A DNA stretch of 64,000 nucleotides from Pseudomonadota bacterium (GTDB lineage: Bacteria > Pseudomonadota > Alphaproteobacteria > Paracaedibacterales > CAIOTO01), in contig JAZKDQ010000010.1 of NCBI GenBank assembly GCA_040387495.1, positions 1 to 64,000 of the forward strand, written 5' to 3'. The position numbers and the translations under genes were made by a program. The notes beneath the pieces were generated by a model that was not told where the DNA came from, did no database searches, and worked only from the letters and a program-made list of their open reading frames with translations. Of the stretch, positions 20,540-31,164 are shown piece by piece (the stretch's first letter is position 1; each line of letters begins with the position of its first letter).

Positions 20540-23314
20540 TTAACCATCACCAAGTGCGCGATGAATATCCAGCGACACAACCTTCATCAATTCATCATTG
20601 CTCATCTCGGTCAATAGTGTCTCACCACCGCTTTGCAATACATCAGATGCCAATGTCTTCTTTTGATTTATCATAGAATCGATCTTCTCTTCAATAGTTC
20701 CCTGACAAATAAATTTGTGCACCAGTACATTTTTCTTTTGGCCAATACGGTATGCGCGATCCGTTGCTTGATTTTCAACGGCGGGGTTCCACCAGCGATC
20801 AAAGTGAATCACATGTGATGCATTCGTTAGGGTCAGACCTGTGCCGCCTGCTTTAATTGATAAAATAAAGAACGGTGGGCCTTGTTCTGTTTGAAACAAT
20901 TCAACCAGTTTTGCGCGTTCTTTAATCGGCGTTCCCCCGTGTAAAATAAGCCCAGGTCTGGCAAATATGCCTTCTAGATGCGTCTGTAGTGCAGGAATGA
21001 TCTCACGGTATTGTGTGAAGATCAGTACTTTTTCTTGTTTGGCGGCGATAGTTAAGCACAGTTCTTTCAGGCGTAAGAACTTTCCACTGTTTTGTTCATC
21101 AAAATCGCCATGACCGAACCATTGGCTCGGGTGGTTGCAAATCTGTTTAAGGCGCATAAGATATGACAACACCAACCCACGCCGTGCCGTAGAGTCTTGT
21201 TGTTCGGCGGGCCCTTCTAGTTTTTTCTTGAGTTCTTGCACGGTTTGTTGATATAGCCCAATTTGACTTTTGGTCAAGAAACAATAGGTGTCGACCTCGG
21301 TCTTATCAGGCAAATCAGCAATAATGGTTTTGTCGCTTTTAAGGCGCCGAAGGATATATGGACTGATGAGTTGACGCACACTGGCAAAAAAGGATTGTTC
21401 TGACCCTGTTGCATCCGCGTCGGTTTTTTTCTTGCCATATCCGGAAAAAGCTTTGCTGGTCCCAAGTAGCCCCGGTGACACGAAATCAAACAGCGACCAC
21501 AAATCGAGCAAACGATTTTCAACGGGCGTGCCAGTCAGAATGAATCGTACCTGGCTTGGAATTTTCTTGATTGCTAGGGTTTGCTTTGTGTTGGGATTTT
21601 TAATGCTTTGCGCCTCGTCACACATCACGATATTCCAGGCTACCTTGTCAATCCAGGGTAACCTGTACACATTTGAATAGGTGGTGATCACCAAATCAAT
21701 GCCCGTCAGGTTGGGTGCCTCGGTTTGCTTTAAAATATGTTGATCAGCGCTGGCGCCATGTGCCACCCAGACCGTCAAAGACGGGGTGAATTTTATAATT
21801 TCTGCTTGCCAATTACCCAAAAGGGATGCGGGTAGAATCAATAGATGCGGACGCTGAACAGTTTCGGCATTCTTCGCCAACAAAAGCAACGACAACACCT
21901 GAATGGTTTTTCCTAGCCCCATGTCATCGGCAAGGCAGCCTCCCAGACGAAGCTTATATAGCCACCATAACCATTGAACGCCGCTCAGCTGATATGGACG
22001 AAGGGTCGCCTTTAGATCGCGTGCCAATATTGTTTGAACCGCATTGTCACTTGATTGTTCGGGATGTCGCAATTGATTGAGCGTTTCTTCAAGCCATGCA
22101 CCTTCAGTCACACTTGACCAAGTGGCAACGGTTTCCGCGAAGTCGCTTGCATCCCTTTGGCTGCCGGCTCCAGCAACCAGACGCAATCCTTCAGCAAAGG
22201 AGAGGCCATCACGGTAGACTTGTTTTGCGACGTCTTGCCAATGAGATAAAACTTGCGATAACTTGGCTTGATCAACCTCAACCCATTGTCCTTTGATTTG
22301 CACAAGATTCTCTTGCCGGGCAATAATCTCTTGCAGCTCATCATAGGTTAGGTTTTTACCATCGGGTAGCGAGTAGCTGATATTGAAATCAAGCAATGCG
22401 TGCATACCGACGGCGCTAGCAGATTGATTGCCAACGGAAATGCTCACCTGGGGACGCGGCGGGTGTTTTGGTGTCCACCAATTGGGTACGCGTACAAGAA
22501 CGCCACTTTCCTCGATGAGATGAATTTCTTTTAAAAAGGCATGAGCCTGATGCGGTGTCCAGGCTTGGGGGGTAAAAATGGCCGATCGGTCGAGCAAGTC
22601 TTTAATAAACATACTTTTCTCGGCGGCTTTTTGTACTGGTACGAGTAGCGCCAATAGTTGTGCACGGTTCTGATCGCCTGCGTACTCCTTAAGAGCTTGG
22701 CCAAGCGGTACATGTTGCACATTTGATGTTGCGGTTTGTCGTGTTGTGTACGTTGCTAAAAACGCAAAGGGGTGTGTGGAGTTAGTTTTATTTTCAGCCA
22801 GGTGAAAACACACACGGCCGACTTTGTTCCACGTGGGGTTATAATGCGCAAGATAGTCGTAGAAGGCACCATTGAATGGGGTGAGTTCAGTTTTGAGTGC
22901 ACTGACCATTTCAATCCAAAGAGAGCACAGCACGCCCACATTGATATATTCATTTCCAAGCATAAAGGGTGCTTTTGCATAGAGTAGAGTCAGTTCGGCG
23001 TCAGGTATTGGAATATCAAAGTTAGCAGTTATTTCAGTATTTTGCCCAATAACACGGCGTGCTTCAGTGATGAACAGCTGGCCAAAGGATTGCCAAAATG
23101 TGATTGATGGAGCATCTGGCGTTTTGATGGTTGAAATACCAAGACGAATGAGGCCACATGCATACCCCGCAGCGAAATAGGATATGAGTTTTCCGGCGGT
23201 GCCGGGGTCAACGTGTTCTTCTCCAGCATCATGTAGATATGGATGCCCCACGGGAGAAAGGGCAATGTAGAGTGCGATTCGGTCGAGCTGCGTCATTGTA
23301 TTATTCTGATTCAT
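20540..23314 (-). CDS. SNF2/SWI2-family DEAD/DEAH-box ATPase
   Basis: LRPYQ, LADDMGLGKT, DEAQ, TGTPVEN, HFDRWWNP, QATDRAYRIGQ. Confidence 0.96.
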   Translation of the reverse strand: MNQNNTMTQLDRIALYIALSPVGHPYLHDAGEEHVDPGTAGKLISYFAAGYACGLIRLGISTIKTPDAPSITFWQSFGQLFITEARRVIGQNTEITANFDIPIPDAELTLLYAKAPFMLGNEYINVGVLCSLWIEMVSALKTELTPFNGAFYDYLAHYNPTWNKVGRVCFHLAENKTNSTHPFAFLATYTTRQTATSNVQHVPLGQALKEYAGDQNRAQLLALLVPVQKAAEKSMFIKDLLDRSAIFTPQAWTPHQAHAFLKEIHLIEESGVLVRVPNWWTPKHPPRPQVSISVGNQSASAVGMHALLDFNISYSLPDGKNLTYDELQEIIARQENLVQIKGQWVEVDQAKLSQVLSHWQDVAKQVYRDGLSFAEGLRLVAGAGSQRDASDFAETVATWSSVTEGAWLEETLNQLRHPEQSSDNAVQTILARDLKATLRPYQLSGVQWLWWLYKLRLGGCLADDMGLGKTIQVLSLLLLAKNAETVQRPHLLILPASLLGNWQAEIIKFTPSLTVWVAHGASADQHILKQTEAPNLTGIDLVITTYSNVYRLPWIDKVAWNIVMCDEAQSIKNPNTKQTLAIKKIPSQVRFILTGTPVENRLLDLWSLFDFVSPGLLGTSKAFSGYGKKKTDADATGSEQSFFASVRQLISPYILRRLKSDKTIIADLPDKTEVDTYCFLTKSQIGLYQQTVQELKKKLEGPAEQQDSTARRGLVLSYLMRLKQICNHPSQWFGHGDFDEQNSGKFLRLKELCLTIAAKQEKVLIFTQYREIIPALQTHLEGIFARPGLILHGGTPIKERAKLVELFQTEQGPPFFILSIKAGGTGLTLTNASHVIHFDRWWNPAVENQATDRAYRIGQKKNVLVHKFICQGTIEEKIDSMINQKKTLASDVLQSGGETLLTEMSNDELMKVVSLDIHRALGDG

Positions 23315-23332
23315 GTCATCATTGTTTTTTTT

Positions 23333-23405
23333 GTCATTGTAAGCTCTAAAGGGCGCGGCAACCTAGATTAGATCGCCAACTAACCTGGGGTTCCCCTGTG
23401 ATGAC
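23333..23405. repeat. Degenerate palindromic element, GTCAT...ATGAC family
   Basis: GTCATTGTAAG..GCGGCAACCTAG / TAGATCGCCA..GTGATGAC. Confidence 0.6.
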
Positions 23406-23488
23406 GTTGGTCTTCGTAGAATTATAAAAAGATAGAAAGTATTATATGTACTTTAAATAAGTGAGGTTCGCCGGTCAAGTGTGCGCAC

Positions 23489-23516
23489 AAAAAAAGAGGC
23501 ACCCGAAGATGCCCCC
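23489..23516 (-). terminator. Intrinsic terminator after the adhesin gene
   Basis: Minus strand GGGGGCATC-TTCG-GGTGCCTC-TTTTTTT. Confidence 0.85.
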
Positions 23517-23540
23517 ATAATATATTGGATCTATTCTTGA

Positions 23541-26500
23541 TTAGAGCACAATCGGAGGAAGTGAGAATCCGCCACCAGTAATACGTATGGTTGATCCATT
23601 GCCCATAATCAATGGCGCTGAACTTAATTGATTTCCTGCAGAAACGCTGAGTGTAGCGCCGGCGCCAAGTGTGGTTGTGCCTGTGTAACTGTTGCTTCCA
23701 CTAAGTGTTACTAAGTGTCCTGCGCCATTAATTGTGAGGTCGCCACCACTACTAATTGGACCAGAAAACGTAACGTCTTGCGTTGCAGTTAGCGTTGCTG
23801 ATCCAGCCATACTAATCGAATTTGCAATAGTGCCACCACTATTAATATCTAATTCAAGTTCTGCGCCATTCCCAAGTGTGATTGCGCCTGAACCTGCCGC
23901 ATCATTATTGTTTTTTAATATTAATGTGCCCGAGTCTGCCACAGTAATGCCGCCGGCACCTGAGTTCGCTTGATTAAGAGTAACGGACCCACCACCACTC
24001 ACTGTAAGGCCATAAGTAAAAGTAATTGCTTTGTCAAGTGTTATAGCATTGCTTGTGTTTATTGTCGAAGCTGCGGTTACAGCAACACTGCTTGATGATA
24101 TGCCACTTATAACAGCTGTTACACTCAATGTGCCTCCATTAAGGGTAAGCACACCGCCTGGTAAGGCAGTTGCAGTGCCAATTTCCACAACACCATCTGT
24201 GATTTTTAAAGCTGTGGTGCTATTGGAATTATTTGCAGTTAAAGCTAATGTACCCGCACTTGTTTTTTCTAACGTGTATGATTCTGATATTGGTTGATTT
24301 GCTGTTAATTTTTGATTAGTAACGCTAATTGTACTTGCATCTGTAAGTGCAATAGATTTACCAAGAGTAAAAGGAGTAGAACCATTAGCAAGCAGCGTGC
24401 CACCATTAAGTGTAAATGTGCCACCTGTTAAATTATTTGCTGCACCAATGCTAAGGGTAGCGCCGTTATCAATCACTAAGTTCGTATTGGCAGTATTCGT
24501 ATCATTAGTATGATCATTATCGAATGTAACTGTTCCCCTGTATATATGTAGGTTTTTTGCGCTTCCTGCACCTATAATATCTCCCGAATGTGTAAAGTTA
24601 CCACCAATATAGCTGTCGTTGGCCATAGTAAAGGCTTTCGCTGAAGACGTACCTGTTACATGCAGTTTGCCACCATTTAGCGTGAGCGTGCCGCCAGGAA
24701 TATTTGTGTCATTTGCAACGGAAACAATACCACTTGTGATAGTAAGACCAGCATCCCCAGTGGTATCGCTGCTATTAGTATAATAGTTTGTGCCACTCAG
24801 TACTAAGGTGCCTGTTCCGTCACTGCTGGTTACGGATAATGTTTGTGCCCCTGAGATTGCCAGGTTTTCTGTTAACGTTGTGCCAGGTGCCACATCAATG
24901 GTGCTGGCGCCAGTCGTAAGTGTAATAGCTTTTCCAAGTGTTGCAATGGTTGCTGTTGCGGCTAAAGTACCACCTGCAAGTGTAAGTGTGCCACCTGTTA
25001 AATTATTTGCTGCACCGATGCTAAGGGTAGCGCCGTTATCAATCACTAAGTTTGTATTGGCAGTATTCGTATCATTAGTATGATTATTATCAAATGTAAC
25101 TGTGCCGGTGTATATATGTAGGTTTTTTGCGCTTCCTGCACCTATAATATCTCCCGAATGTGTAAAGTTACCACCAATATAGCTGTCGTTGGCCATAGTA
25201 AAGGCTTTCGCTGAAGACGTACCTGTTACATGCAGTTTTCCACCATTTAACGTGAGGGTGCCGCCAGGAATATTTGTGTCAGCTGCAACGGTAACGGTAC
25301 CTGCTGAAATATTAAGGCTTGTGTTTGTGTCCGTAGAGTTACTTGTGCTGCTTAATACTAATGTGCCTGAACCAGTCTTTGTAAGCACAGCTGCCCCCGA
25401 CAGTATTTCTGTTAATGTTAATGTACCTGTTACATCAATGGTGCTGGCACCAGCCGTAAGTGCAATAGCTTTTTCAATCGTCATGACTGCTGTTGTTTTG
25501 AGCGTGCCACCTGCACCTGCAAGTGTAAGTGTGCCACCTGTTAAATGAGTTGCTGAAGCGATGCTAAGAGTAGCGCCGCCATCCACTTGTAAATTGGTAT
25601 TTGTATTCAAGCTATAATCACTTCCAAGGGATACAGTGCCACTATAAATGTGTAATATTTTTGGAGAACTAGCATCGGTAATTGCGCCTGTATAAGCGAG
25701 CGTTCCTGATCCGGATCCAATGTAGCTGTTATCAGCCATAGTCAGTGCTTTGCTTGAGCTATATCCTGTTGATGCAAGTAATTTACCACCATTTAACGTG
25801 AGGGTGCCGCCAGGAATATTTGTGTCATCTGCAACGGAAACAACGCTCTTCGGATCAATGATTAAATTAATATACTGACCAGTTGTAACATTCGCGGTAT
25901 TTGCTAATACTAACTCACCAACGCCAGTGCCGCTGTTTTTTGTAGTAAGAGCTTTGTGGGCACCACTGCTACCGCCCCCAATTACTTTGTTGATTGTTGT
26001 TGTTAGTGTGCTGCTAGTTTTAACATCAATTACAGCATTTCCAGATAAAAGAATGCCATCGGATGTGGAGGTTGCATTGCTAGCAGAGTTAGCGAGCGTT
26101 GCTGCAGCTGTAGATTGTAGCGTTGCTCCATTCCCAAGTGTGACCGTTCCTGTTGCCGGAATTGCATCGCTGTTGTTGAGTTGCAATGTTGCCATTCCAC
26201 CGACAGTTGTTCCACCTGTGTAAGTATTTGCGGCTGTTGGTGCAAGAACTGTTGTGCCAGCACCAGCAATAGTTAGAACGGCAGCTGCAGCACTTTCAGA
26301 AATAGGGCCTGTTAAGGTAAGTTCCATACCAGTGTCAGCAGTAATTGTTGCTGCTGCGTTTGCTTCATTAACCCCCCCAGAACCATTAATAGCATTGTAT
26401 TGTGATGCAGTAAGACCAAGCTGAATTGGGTTGGGAAGGGTGTAAGTTGCTGTGTCGTTTGCAGTATCTGGCGCTGAAAATTCGTAAACTGCTTGATTGT

Positions 26501-26987
26501 TTGTCATTGCGCGTAGTGTTGTTCCGTTTGCAAGTACAACAAGTCCGCCACCGCTGCCACCTAATGCGCCGCCATTGGTTATTGCAAGCGTGCCGCCAGT
26601 TAGATATGCAGGGCCGCTGAATGGGTTTCCTAGGTTGTTGGTTAATGCAACGCCATGTCCAGCTGTATACGTTGGAGCTGGTGTGGTGATATCTCCGTCA
26701 TTGATAAGTGAGTTATCATTGTCAATTATTTTAACGCCAGTACCGGCAAATGTTAACGATGCAGGAGTGGTCGTATTACTTGTTGAAATTTTATTACTTA
26801 ACACTATTGCTTGGGTCGCCGATGTGTCTATTAAAGTATTCTCTGGCGTTGCATTCGCTTCCATCACGGCCATACTTGATATAACGGCCGCACATTTGGG
26901 CCAAAACTTTGGCGAGAGGTGTGTTTCTTTTGCGATATATGTAGTGTTTCCAAGGTGAATTAATCGTGTTTTATTTATTATATTCAT
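23541..26987 (-). CDS. Autotransporter-associated beta-strand repeat (PATR-like) adhesin/passenger with no C-terminal beta-barrel
   Basis: G/T/A/S/N-rich; LTKTGSGTLVLS, NTYTGGTTV, NSYTGTTTL, many GGTLTLNGG units; ends FSLPPIVL. Confidence 0.85.
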   Translation of the reverse strand: MNIINKTRLIHLGNTTYIAKETHLSPKFWPKCAAVISSMAVMEANATPENTLIDTSATQAIVLSNKISTSNTTTPASLTFAGTGVKIIDNDNSLINDGDITTPAPTYTAGHGVALTNNLGNPFSGPAYLTGGTLAITNGGALGGSGGGLVVLANGTTLRAMTNNQAVYEFSAPDTANDTATYTLPNPIQLGLTASQYNAINGSGGVNEANAAATITADTGMELTLTGPISESAAAAVLTIAGAGTTVLAPTAANTYTGGTTVGGMATLQLNNSDAIPATGTVTLGNGATLQSTAAATLANSASNATSTSDGILLSGNAVIDVKTSSTLTTTINKVIGGGSSGAHKALTTKNSGTGVGELVLANTANVTTGQYINLIIDPKSVVSVADDTNIPGGTLTLNGGKLLASTGYSSSKALTMADNSYIGSGSGTLAYTGAITDASSPKILHIYSGTVSLGSDYSLNTNTNLQVDGGATLSIASATHLTGGTLTLAGAGGTLKTTAVMTIEKAIALTAGASTIDVTGTLTLTEILSGAAVLTKTGSGTLVLSSTSNSTDTNTSLNISAGTVTVAADTNIPGGTLTLNGGKLHVTGTSSAKAFTMANDSYIGGNFTHSGDIIGAGSAKNLHIYTGTVTFDNNHTNDTNTANTNLVIDNGATLSIGAANNLTGGTLTLAGGTLAATATIATLGKAITLTTGASTIDVAPGTTLTENLAISGAQTLSVTSSDGTGTLVLSGTNYYTNSSDTTGDAGLTITSGIVSVANDTNIPGGTLTLNGGKLHVTGTSSAKAFTMANDSYIGGNFTHSGDIIGAGSAKNLHIYRGTVTFDNDHTNDTNTANTNLVIDNGATLSIGAANNLTGGTFTLNGGTLLANGSTPFTLGKSIALTDASTISVTNQKLTANQPISESYTLEKTSAGTLALTANNSNSTTALKITDGVVEIGTATALPGGVLTLNGGTLSVTAVISGISSSSVAVTAASTINTSNAITLDKAITFTYGLTVSGGGSVTLNQANSGAGGITVADSGTLILKNNNDAAGSGAITLGNGAELELDINSGGTIANSISMAGSATLTATQDVTFSGPISSGGDLTINGAGHLVTLSGSNSYTGTTTLGAGATLSVSAGNQLSSAPLIMGNGSTIRITGGGFSLPPIVL
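24418..25291 (-). repeat. Near-identical ~300-bp internal duplication, period 570 bp
   Basis: 24421-24721 vs 24991-25291 (CCACCTGTTAAATTATTTGCTGCACC...GCCGCCAGGAATATTTGTGTC); partial third copy near 25785-25837. Confidence 0.9.
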
Positions 26988-27337
26988 AATAAAACAATCC
27001 TATTTTGTAAAAAATATTTATACTTGATACACATAGGATAGAATAAAGTTCATTAAAAATTAGTAAAGATTGCAGATAATTGTTTTTTATTATTAATGAA
27101 AATTTAAAATGGTATTTATAGATGGGTAAGTAAATAGATTTTCTATATTTTAGATCCCAAAGCACGTCTGGGCGCCTTAAACATAAAAAATTTCAATAAA
27201 ACAGCCAGATCACCGGGACACTTGCCTTGGGCATAGCCTGGAGCCTGGTGAATACACGAAAAAATAAGTGTGGGATGCTTTATCAAAATAAATTTTAATT
27301 GCTATACATGGTCATTTTAATCCTGAATTAGGATTGC

Positions 27338-28681
27338 TTACTTTTGGCCAGCCTGTTGTAAAATATCAGCAGATCGTTTCGCTAGCACAGGGTTCGTTGC
27401 GGTTTTACCTTTTTTCGCTTGCATGATTGCGAGTTCGGCATTTTCCAACACCCATGCTTCTTCGGCGAGACATGCAGAGGCATTGCCATCTTCTTTCATT
27501 TTTCCATAAGCAGAACCCATAAGATGCCAAGCAAAGGTATTATCATGCCGTTGTTCGGTGATTTTAGTTAAATGTTCGACTGCCTCTTGGAATTCAGCTT
27601 TGCCTGCCGATGGTAGTTCAATCAGGGCGTGTGCCAGCATCAAACGCACACTATACGACTGTGGACGTTTTTTAGCAGAATCACGTAAATAGGGGAGCGA
27701 TTCAGCAATTTGCCCCGTTTCAAAACAAAACTGACCTTTAAGTTCTAGAAAATATGGATCGCCAGGAAATTCTTTTAATAATTCATCAAGCTTTACAAGT
27801 GCATCACGTGCCTTTTGGTTGCTTTTACCATTATTATATTCAGCAATAAGACGGGCATAACGTGCAGCCACACTTTTGTCAGATGGTGGATAGTCACGAT
27901 TAACTTCGTTTCGTTTTTTTAAAAACCCAATTAGCTTTGCTTTAATGCGGTTGAATTGCTGTTCATACGCCTCGGGAATTTTATAACTCTCAGGTTGTTG
28001 TTTTTGATACAAACGCACTTTTGCTTTACGTTCGGGTGATAATGGGTGAGTCTGCACATACGGGTCTTCATGGCCTGTAGTATAATGTCCGCCAAGCATA
28101 TCAAGAAAATCGGCTAGCCCCGCCACTGGCCATTTCTTAGCGTTAAGGTAGTTTAGCGCGGAAGCATCCGCTGAATCTTCTTGCTCACGACTATGTTTCA
28201 AAAGTGATCGTTCAAATAAATGCGCACCACCTGCAAGGCCTGCCATTAAAGGCCCTGGATTACCTGATAGAATAGATGCCGCGCCACCAAGCAGAACAGA
28301 CGCCACAGCAGGAACAGAAGATTCAGCCATGATCGCCGATGCCTTCGCCATATGGCCGCCCGCGATGTGCCCTGTTTCATGTGCAAGGACGCCTATTAGC
28401 TGCGATGCATTTTTACATTTCATGATGAGCCCAGTGTACACGACAATAATACCACCAAAAGTTGCACCAGCGTTTAGCTCCATACTGTTAAGGAGGTAGA
28501 CTTTTGGATGAATATGTACGCCAGCAACCGTAAATAGCTCTTGAAGCCATGCCTCGAGTGAGGCCTCAACTTCATCATCTGAAATGAACTGAGGTGCAGG
28601 TGCGTTAGCCCATGTGTCATATGTATGGATGGCAAATGTGCATAAAAGCGTGATAAGGAGTTTTTTAAAAGAGAAGTTCAT
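27338..28681 (-). CDS. M48 family metalloprotease with TPR region (BepA/YfgC-like)
   Basis: Signal peptide, GVLAHETGH (HExxH), SREQEDSAD, THPLSPER. Confidence 0.92.
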   Translation of the reverse strand: MNFSFKKLLITLLCTFAIHTYDTWANAPAPQFISDDEVEASLEAWLQELFTVAGVHIHPKVYLLNSMELNAGATFGGIIVVYTGLIMKCKNASQLIGVLAHETGHIAGGHMAKASAIMAESSVPAVASVLLGGAASILSGNPGPLMAGLAGGAHLFERSLLKHSREQEDSADASALNYLNAKKWPVAGLADFLDMLGGHYTTGHEDPYVQTHPLSPERKAKVRLYQKQQPESYKIPEAYEQQFNRIKAKLIGFLKKRNEVNRDYPPSDKSVAARYARLIAEYNNGKSNQKARDALVKLDELLKEFPGDPYFLELKGQFCFETGQIAESLPYLRDSAKKRPQSYSVRLMLAHALIELPSAGKAEFQEAVEHLTKITEQRHDNTFAWHLMGSAYGKMKEDGNASACLAEEAWVLENAELAIMQAKKGKTATNPVLAKRSADILQQAGQK

Positions 28682-28692
28682 ATTTTTCCTAT

Positions 28693-28792
28693 TGTCATTC
28701 CCGCGAAGGCTGGAATCTAGCCTTTATATAGTACCTTAATAATATCATTTCAATCTACGATTTCCTGGATCCTAACCTACGCGGCGATGACA
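28693..28792. repeat. Palindromic element, GTCAT...ATGAC family (RPE-like)
   Basis: TGTCATTCCCGCGAAGGCTGGAATCTAG ... CTGGATCCTAACCTACGCGGCGATGACA. Confidence 0.8.
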
Positions 28793-28802
28793 CGATGCCT
28801 TT

Positions 28803-29993
28803 TCAACACACTTCGACTGCAATGGCCGTTGCCTCGCCGCCGCCAATACACGCAGATGCAATGCCACGTTTAAGTCCGTGTGCACGAAGAGCATGCACCA
28901 ACGTTACCATAATTCGTGCACCGCTTGCGCCAATGGGATGGCCTAATGTACATGCGCCGCCATGGACGTTTACTTTTTCGCGCGCAATGCCAAGATCATG
29001 CATAACTGCCATGGGGACAACCGCAAAAGCCTCGTTGATTTCGAATAGGTCGACATCATCCACTGTCCATTTAAGGGCACTCAACAATACTTTAATGACG
29101 CCAACTGGGGCAGTTGTAAACCATTCAGGTGCACAGGCATAGCTTCTGAACCCTACAATTTTGGCTATGGGCTTTGCATCTAATAATCCGTTTTCTGAGC
29201 AGAGCAACATAGCAGCCGCCCCGTCAGCGATACCGCTCGACGTTGCTGCAGTGACTGTTCCTGTTTTTCCAAAGGCGGGACGCAACACCTCAAACTTGGT
29301 GGGTTTCACGCGTGTTGGGGGCTCATCCGTTTCGATTATTGTGACGTTTCCTTTGGCGTCGGTAAAATTCAAAGGTGTGCGCTCTGCCATAAACAATCCG
29401 GCAGCTTGTGCCTTTTGATAGTTCTCATACGTTTCGCGTGCAAATGTTTCTTGATCGGCACGTGTGAATTTATATTTCTCAGCCGTGGCATCAGCAAACA
29501 CACCCATGGCGCGTCGTGTGCCGTCTGACGAAATACCATAGGCATCTTCAAGGCCATCTAGCAACATATGATCATACACAGCGCCATGCCCCATGCGATA
29601 TCCTGACCGCCCTTTGGGGAGCAAATAAGGCGCATTTGTCATGCTTTCAAAACCACCAGCCATCATTACTTTTCGTTGTCCTGTTTGTAATGCATTGCAT
29701 GCAAATGCAATGGCTTGCATGCCGGATCCACAAACTTTATTGATGGTTGTGGCAGGAATTGAATCAACGCCAAAGGCAGCGCGTGTCGCTTGTCGTGCCG
29801 GTGCTTGGCCTTGTCCTGCACCGAGTACGCAACCCATGATGACTTCTTCTGGTACGTGTGATTGCCGCATTGTCGCAATAAGTGCTTCAGCACCAAGTTG
29901 CCAGCCTTGATACGATGAAAGTTGGCCTTGAAAAGCGCCGATAGGCGTGCGTTTTGCATCGATTATATAGATAGGTTTTGCCATGTATGTCAT
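28803..29993 (-). CDS. Acetyl-CoA C-acetyltransferase (thiolase)
   Basis: NKVCGSG, NEAF, GHPIGASG, CIGGG. Confidence 0.96.
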   Translation of the reverse strand: MTYMAKPIYIIDAKRTPIGAFQGQLSSYQGWQLGAEALIATMRQSHVPEEVIMGCVLGAGQGQAPARQATRAAFGVDSIPATTINKVCGSGMQAIAFACNALQTGQRKVMMAGGFESMTNAPYLLPKGRSGYRMGHGAVYDHMLLDGLEDAYGISSDGTRRAMGVFADATAEKYKFTRADQETFARETYENYQKAQAAGLFMAERTPLNFTDAKGNVTIIETDEPPTRVKPTKFEVLRPAFGKTGTVTAATSSGIADGAAAMLLCSENGLLDAKPIAKIVGFRSYACAPEWFTTAPVGVIKVLLSALKWTVDDVDLFEINEAFAVVPMAVMHDLGIAREKVNVHGGACTLGHPIGASGARIMVTLVHALRAHGLKRGIASACIGGGEATAIAVEVC

Positions 29994-30382
29994 TTTAGAT
30001 CAATCAACTTTTTATTTATATTATTTTATGATAAAGCATAAAATAGCGGGTATACAAGACGCTTTAGCTTTAATAGAAAAAGACATTATTTATGATTGGA
30101 AAATTTTTCAATATATTTAAGATATTTTTTAAGGAAGCTAAAGATAGTATCAACTCTTGATAAAATTAATCAACATAATTGTTGAATTTTTTGAAAAATT
30201 ATTGCAATATGAGGCTACATTCCCATCGTGAAGCGAAGATTTCCAATATTCTAAGGCAATTTATGAAAGCTTTAGGATGCAGCTATCCCCCATTTAAGAT
30301 TTTTAAATGTCCTCTGCGATGACTGAGCACAGTGGTCAATCATGACAGCTTTGCATACACTTAAACGAAAGGTTTTTTTACC

Positions 30383-31081
30383 ATGCATAAATTTACTCGC
30401 ATATTATTAAGTACACTATTAACAGGGTCTGTATTCTCTCTTCCTGCTCATTCAATGAATGAAGGAACAGATATAGACTCGAGGCACCGAAGTTCTTCAG
30501 GATCATATGTGTTTGCAAGCTTTGATCAACCAAAACTTTCTGATGAATCAATGATTGAAGAAGGGACGGCAACGGACTCTGAATCTGGGAAAACTTCACG
30601 TGCAGATACAAGCTGTGATTCAGAGGATGAACGAACAGTAGGTAGAATGACAAAAGATATTTCTGACAAAGAGATTTTGAGTCCGACATCTGTTGTTCCA
30701 CAAAGAATGTCAGAAATAAATCATAATTCACTTTCAATTAAAAAAACTGATATACGTATTCCAGACTTTTGGCTTGCATTTGCTGCGCAACGTGGAATTG
30801 AGGTTGAAAAAGAGGATGATGCTTTAATGTTAAGAAAGGAAGAGGAGATACAACAAATAGAGGCTGATATTCTTCTAAATGATGAACTAAAAAAAGATTT
30901 AAGACGTAATCCCGAGTTACGAAAGACACTTGATGGAGCGCATGTGAGACGCATAACAGGCGTAGTCTTAGGTATATCATTTGAAAATAATAAATTGATT
31001 TTGACGGAAGCAGTCCCTATGGTTTCTCCTCCTAAGTTTAGAGGGAAAAGAGCTAATCCAAGTGGCAGCTTCACTTCCTAA
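30383..31081 (+). CDS. Hypothetical secreted protein
   Basis: Signal peptide (..PAHS-MNE), Ser/Asp-rich N-terminal region; SD-like AAAGG. Confidence 0.7.
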   Translation: MHKFTRILLSTLLTGSVFSLPAHSMNEGTDIDSRHRSSSGSYVFASFDQPKLSDESMIEEGTATDSESGKTSRADTSCDSEDERTVGRMTKDISDKEILSPTSVVPQRMSEINHNSLSIKKTDIRIPDFWLAFAAQRGIEVEKEDDALMLRKEEEIQQIEADILLNDELKKDLRRNPELRKTLDGAHVRRITGVVLGISFENNKLILTEAVPMVSPPKFRGKRANPSGSFTS

Positions 31082-31130
31082 TTCTTTTAAGCGAATTTTA
31101 TCTTAATTTTACAGAATATCTAATTTTATA

Positions 31131-31156
31131 GCCCCCTTGTTATTTAATGAGGGGGC
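31131..31156. terminator. Hairpin between convergent genes
   Basis: GCCCCCTTGTTA-TT-TAATGAGGGGGC. Confidence 0.7.
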
Positions 31157-31164
31157 ATTATTTT

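Noticed and set aside
23692..26958. Several plus-strand ORFs inside the adhesin
   Set aside because: Antisense shadows of Gly/Thr/Ala-rich repeats
30209..30325. 38-codon ORF upstream of the 30383 gene (possible leader peptide)
   Set aside because: No clear SD, no amino-acid enrichment and no attenuator structure seen
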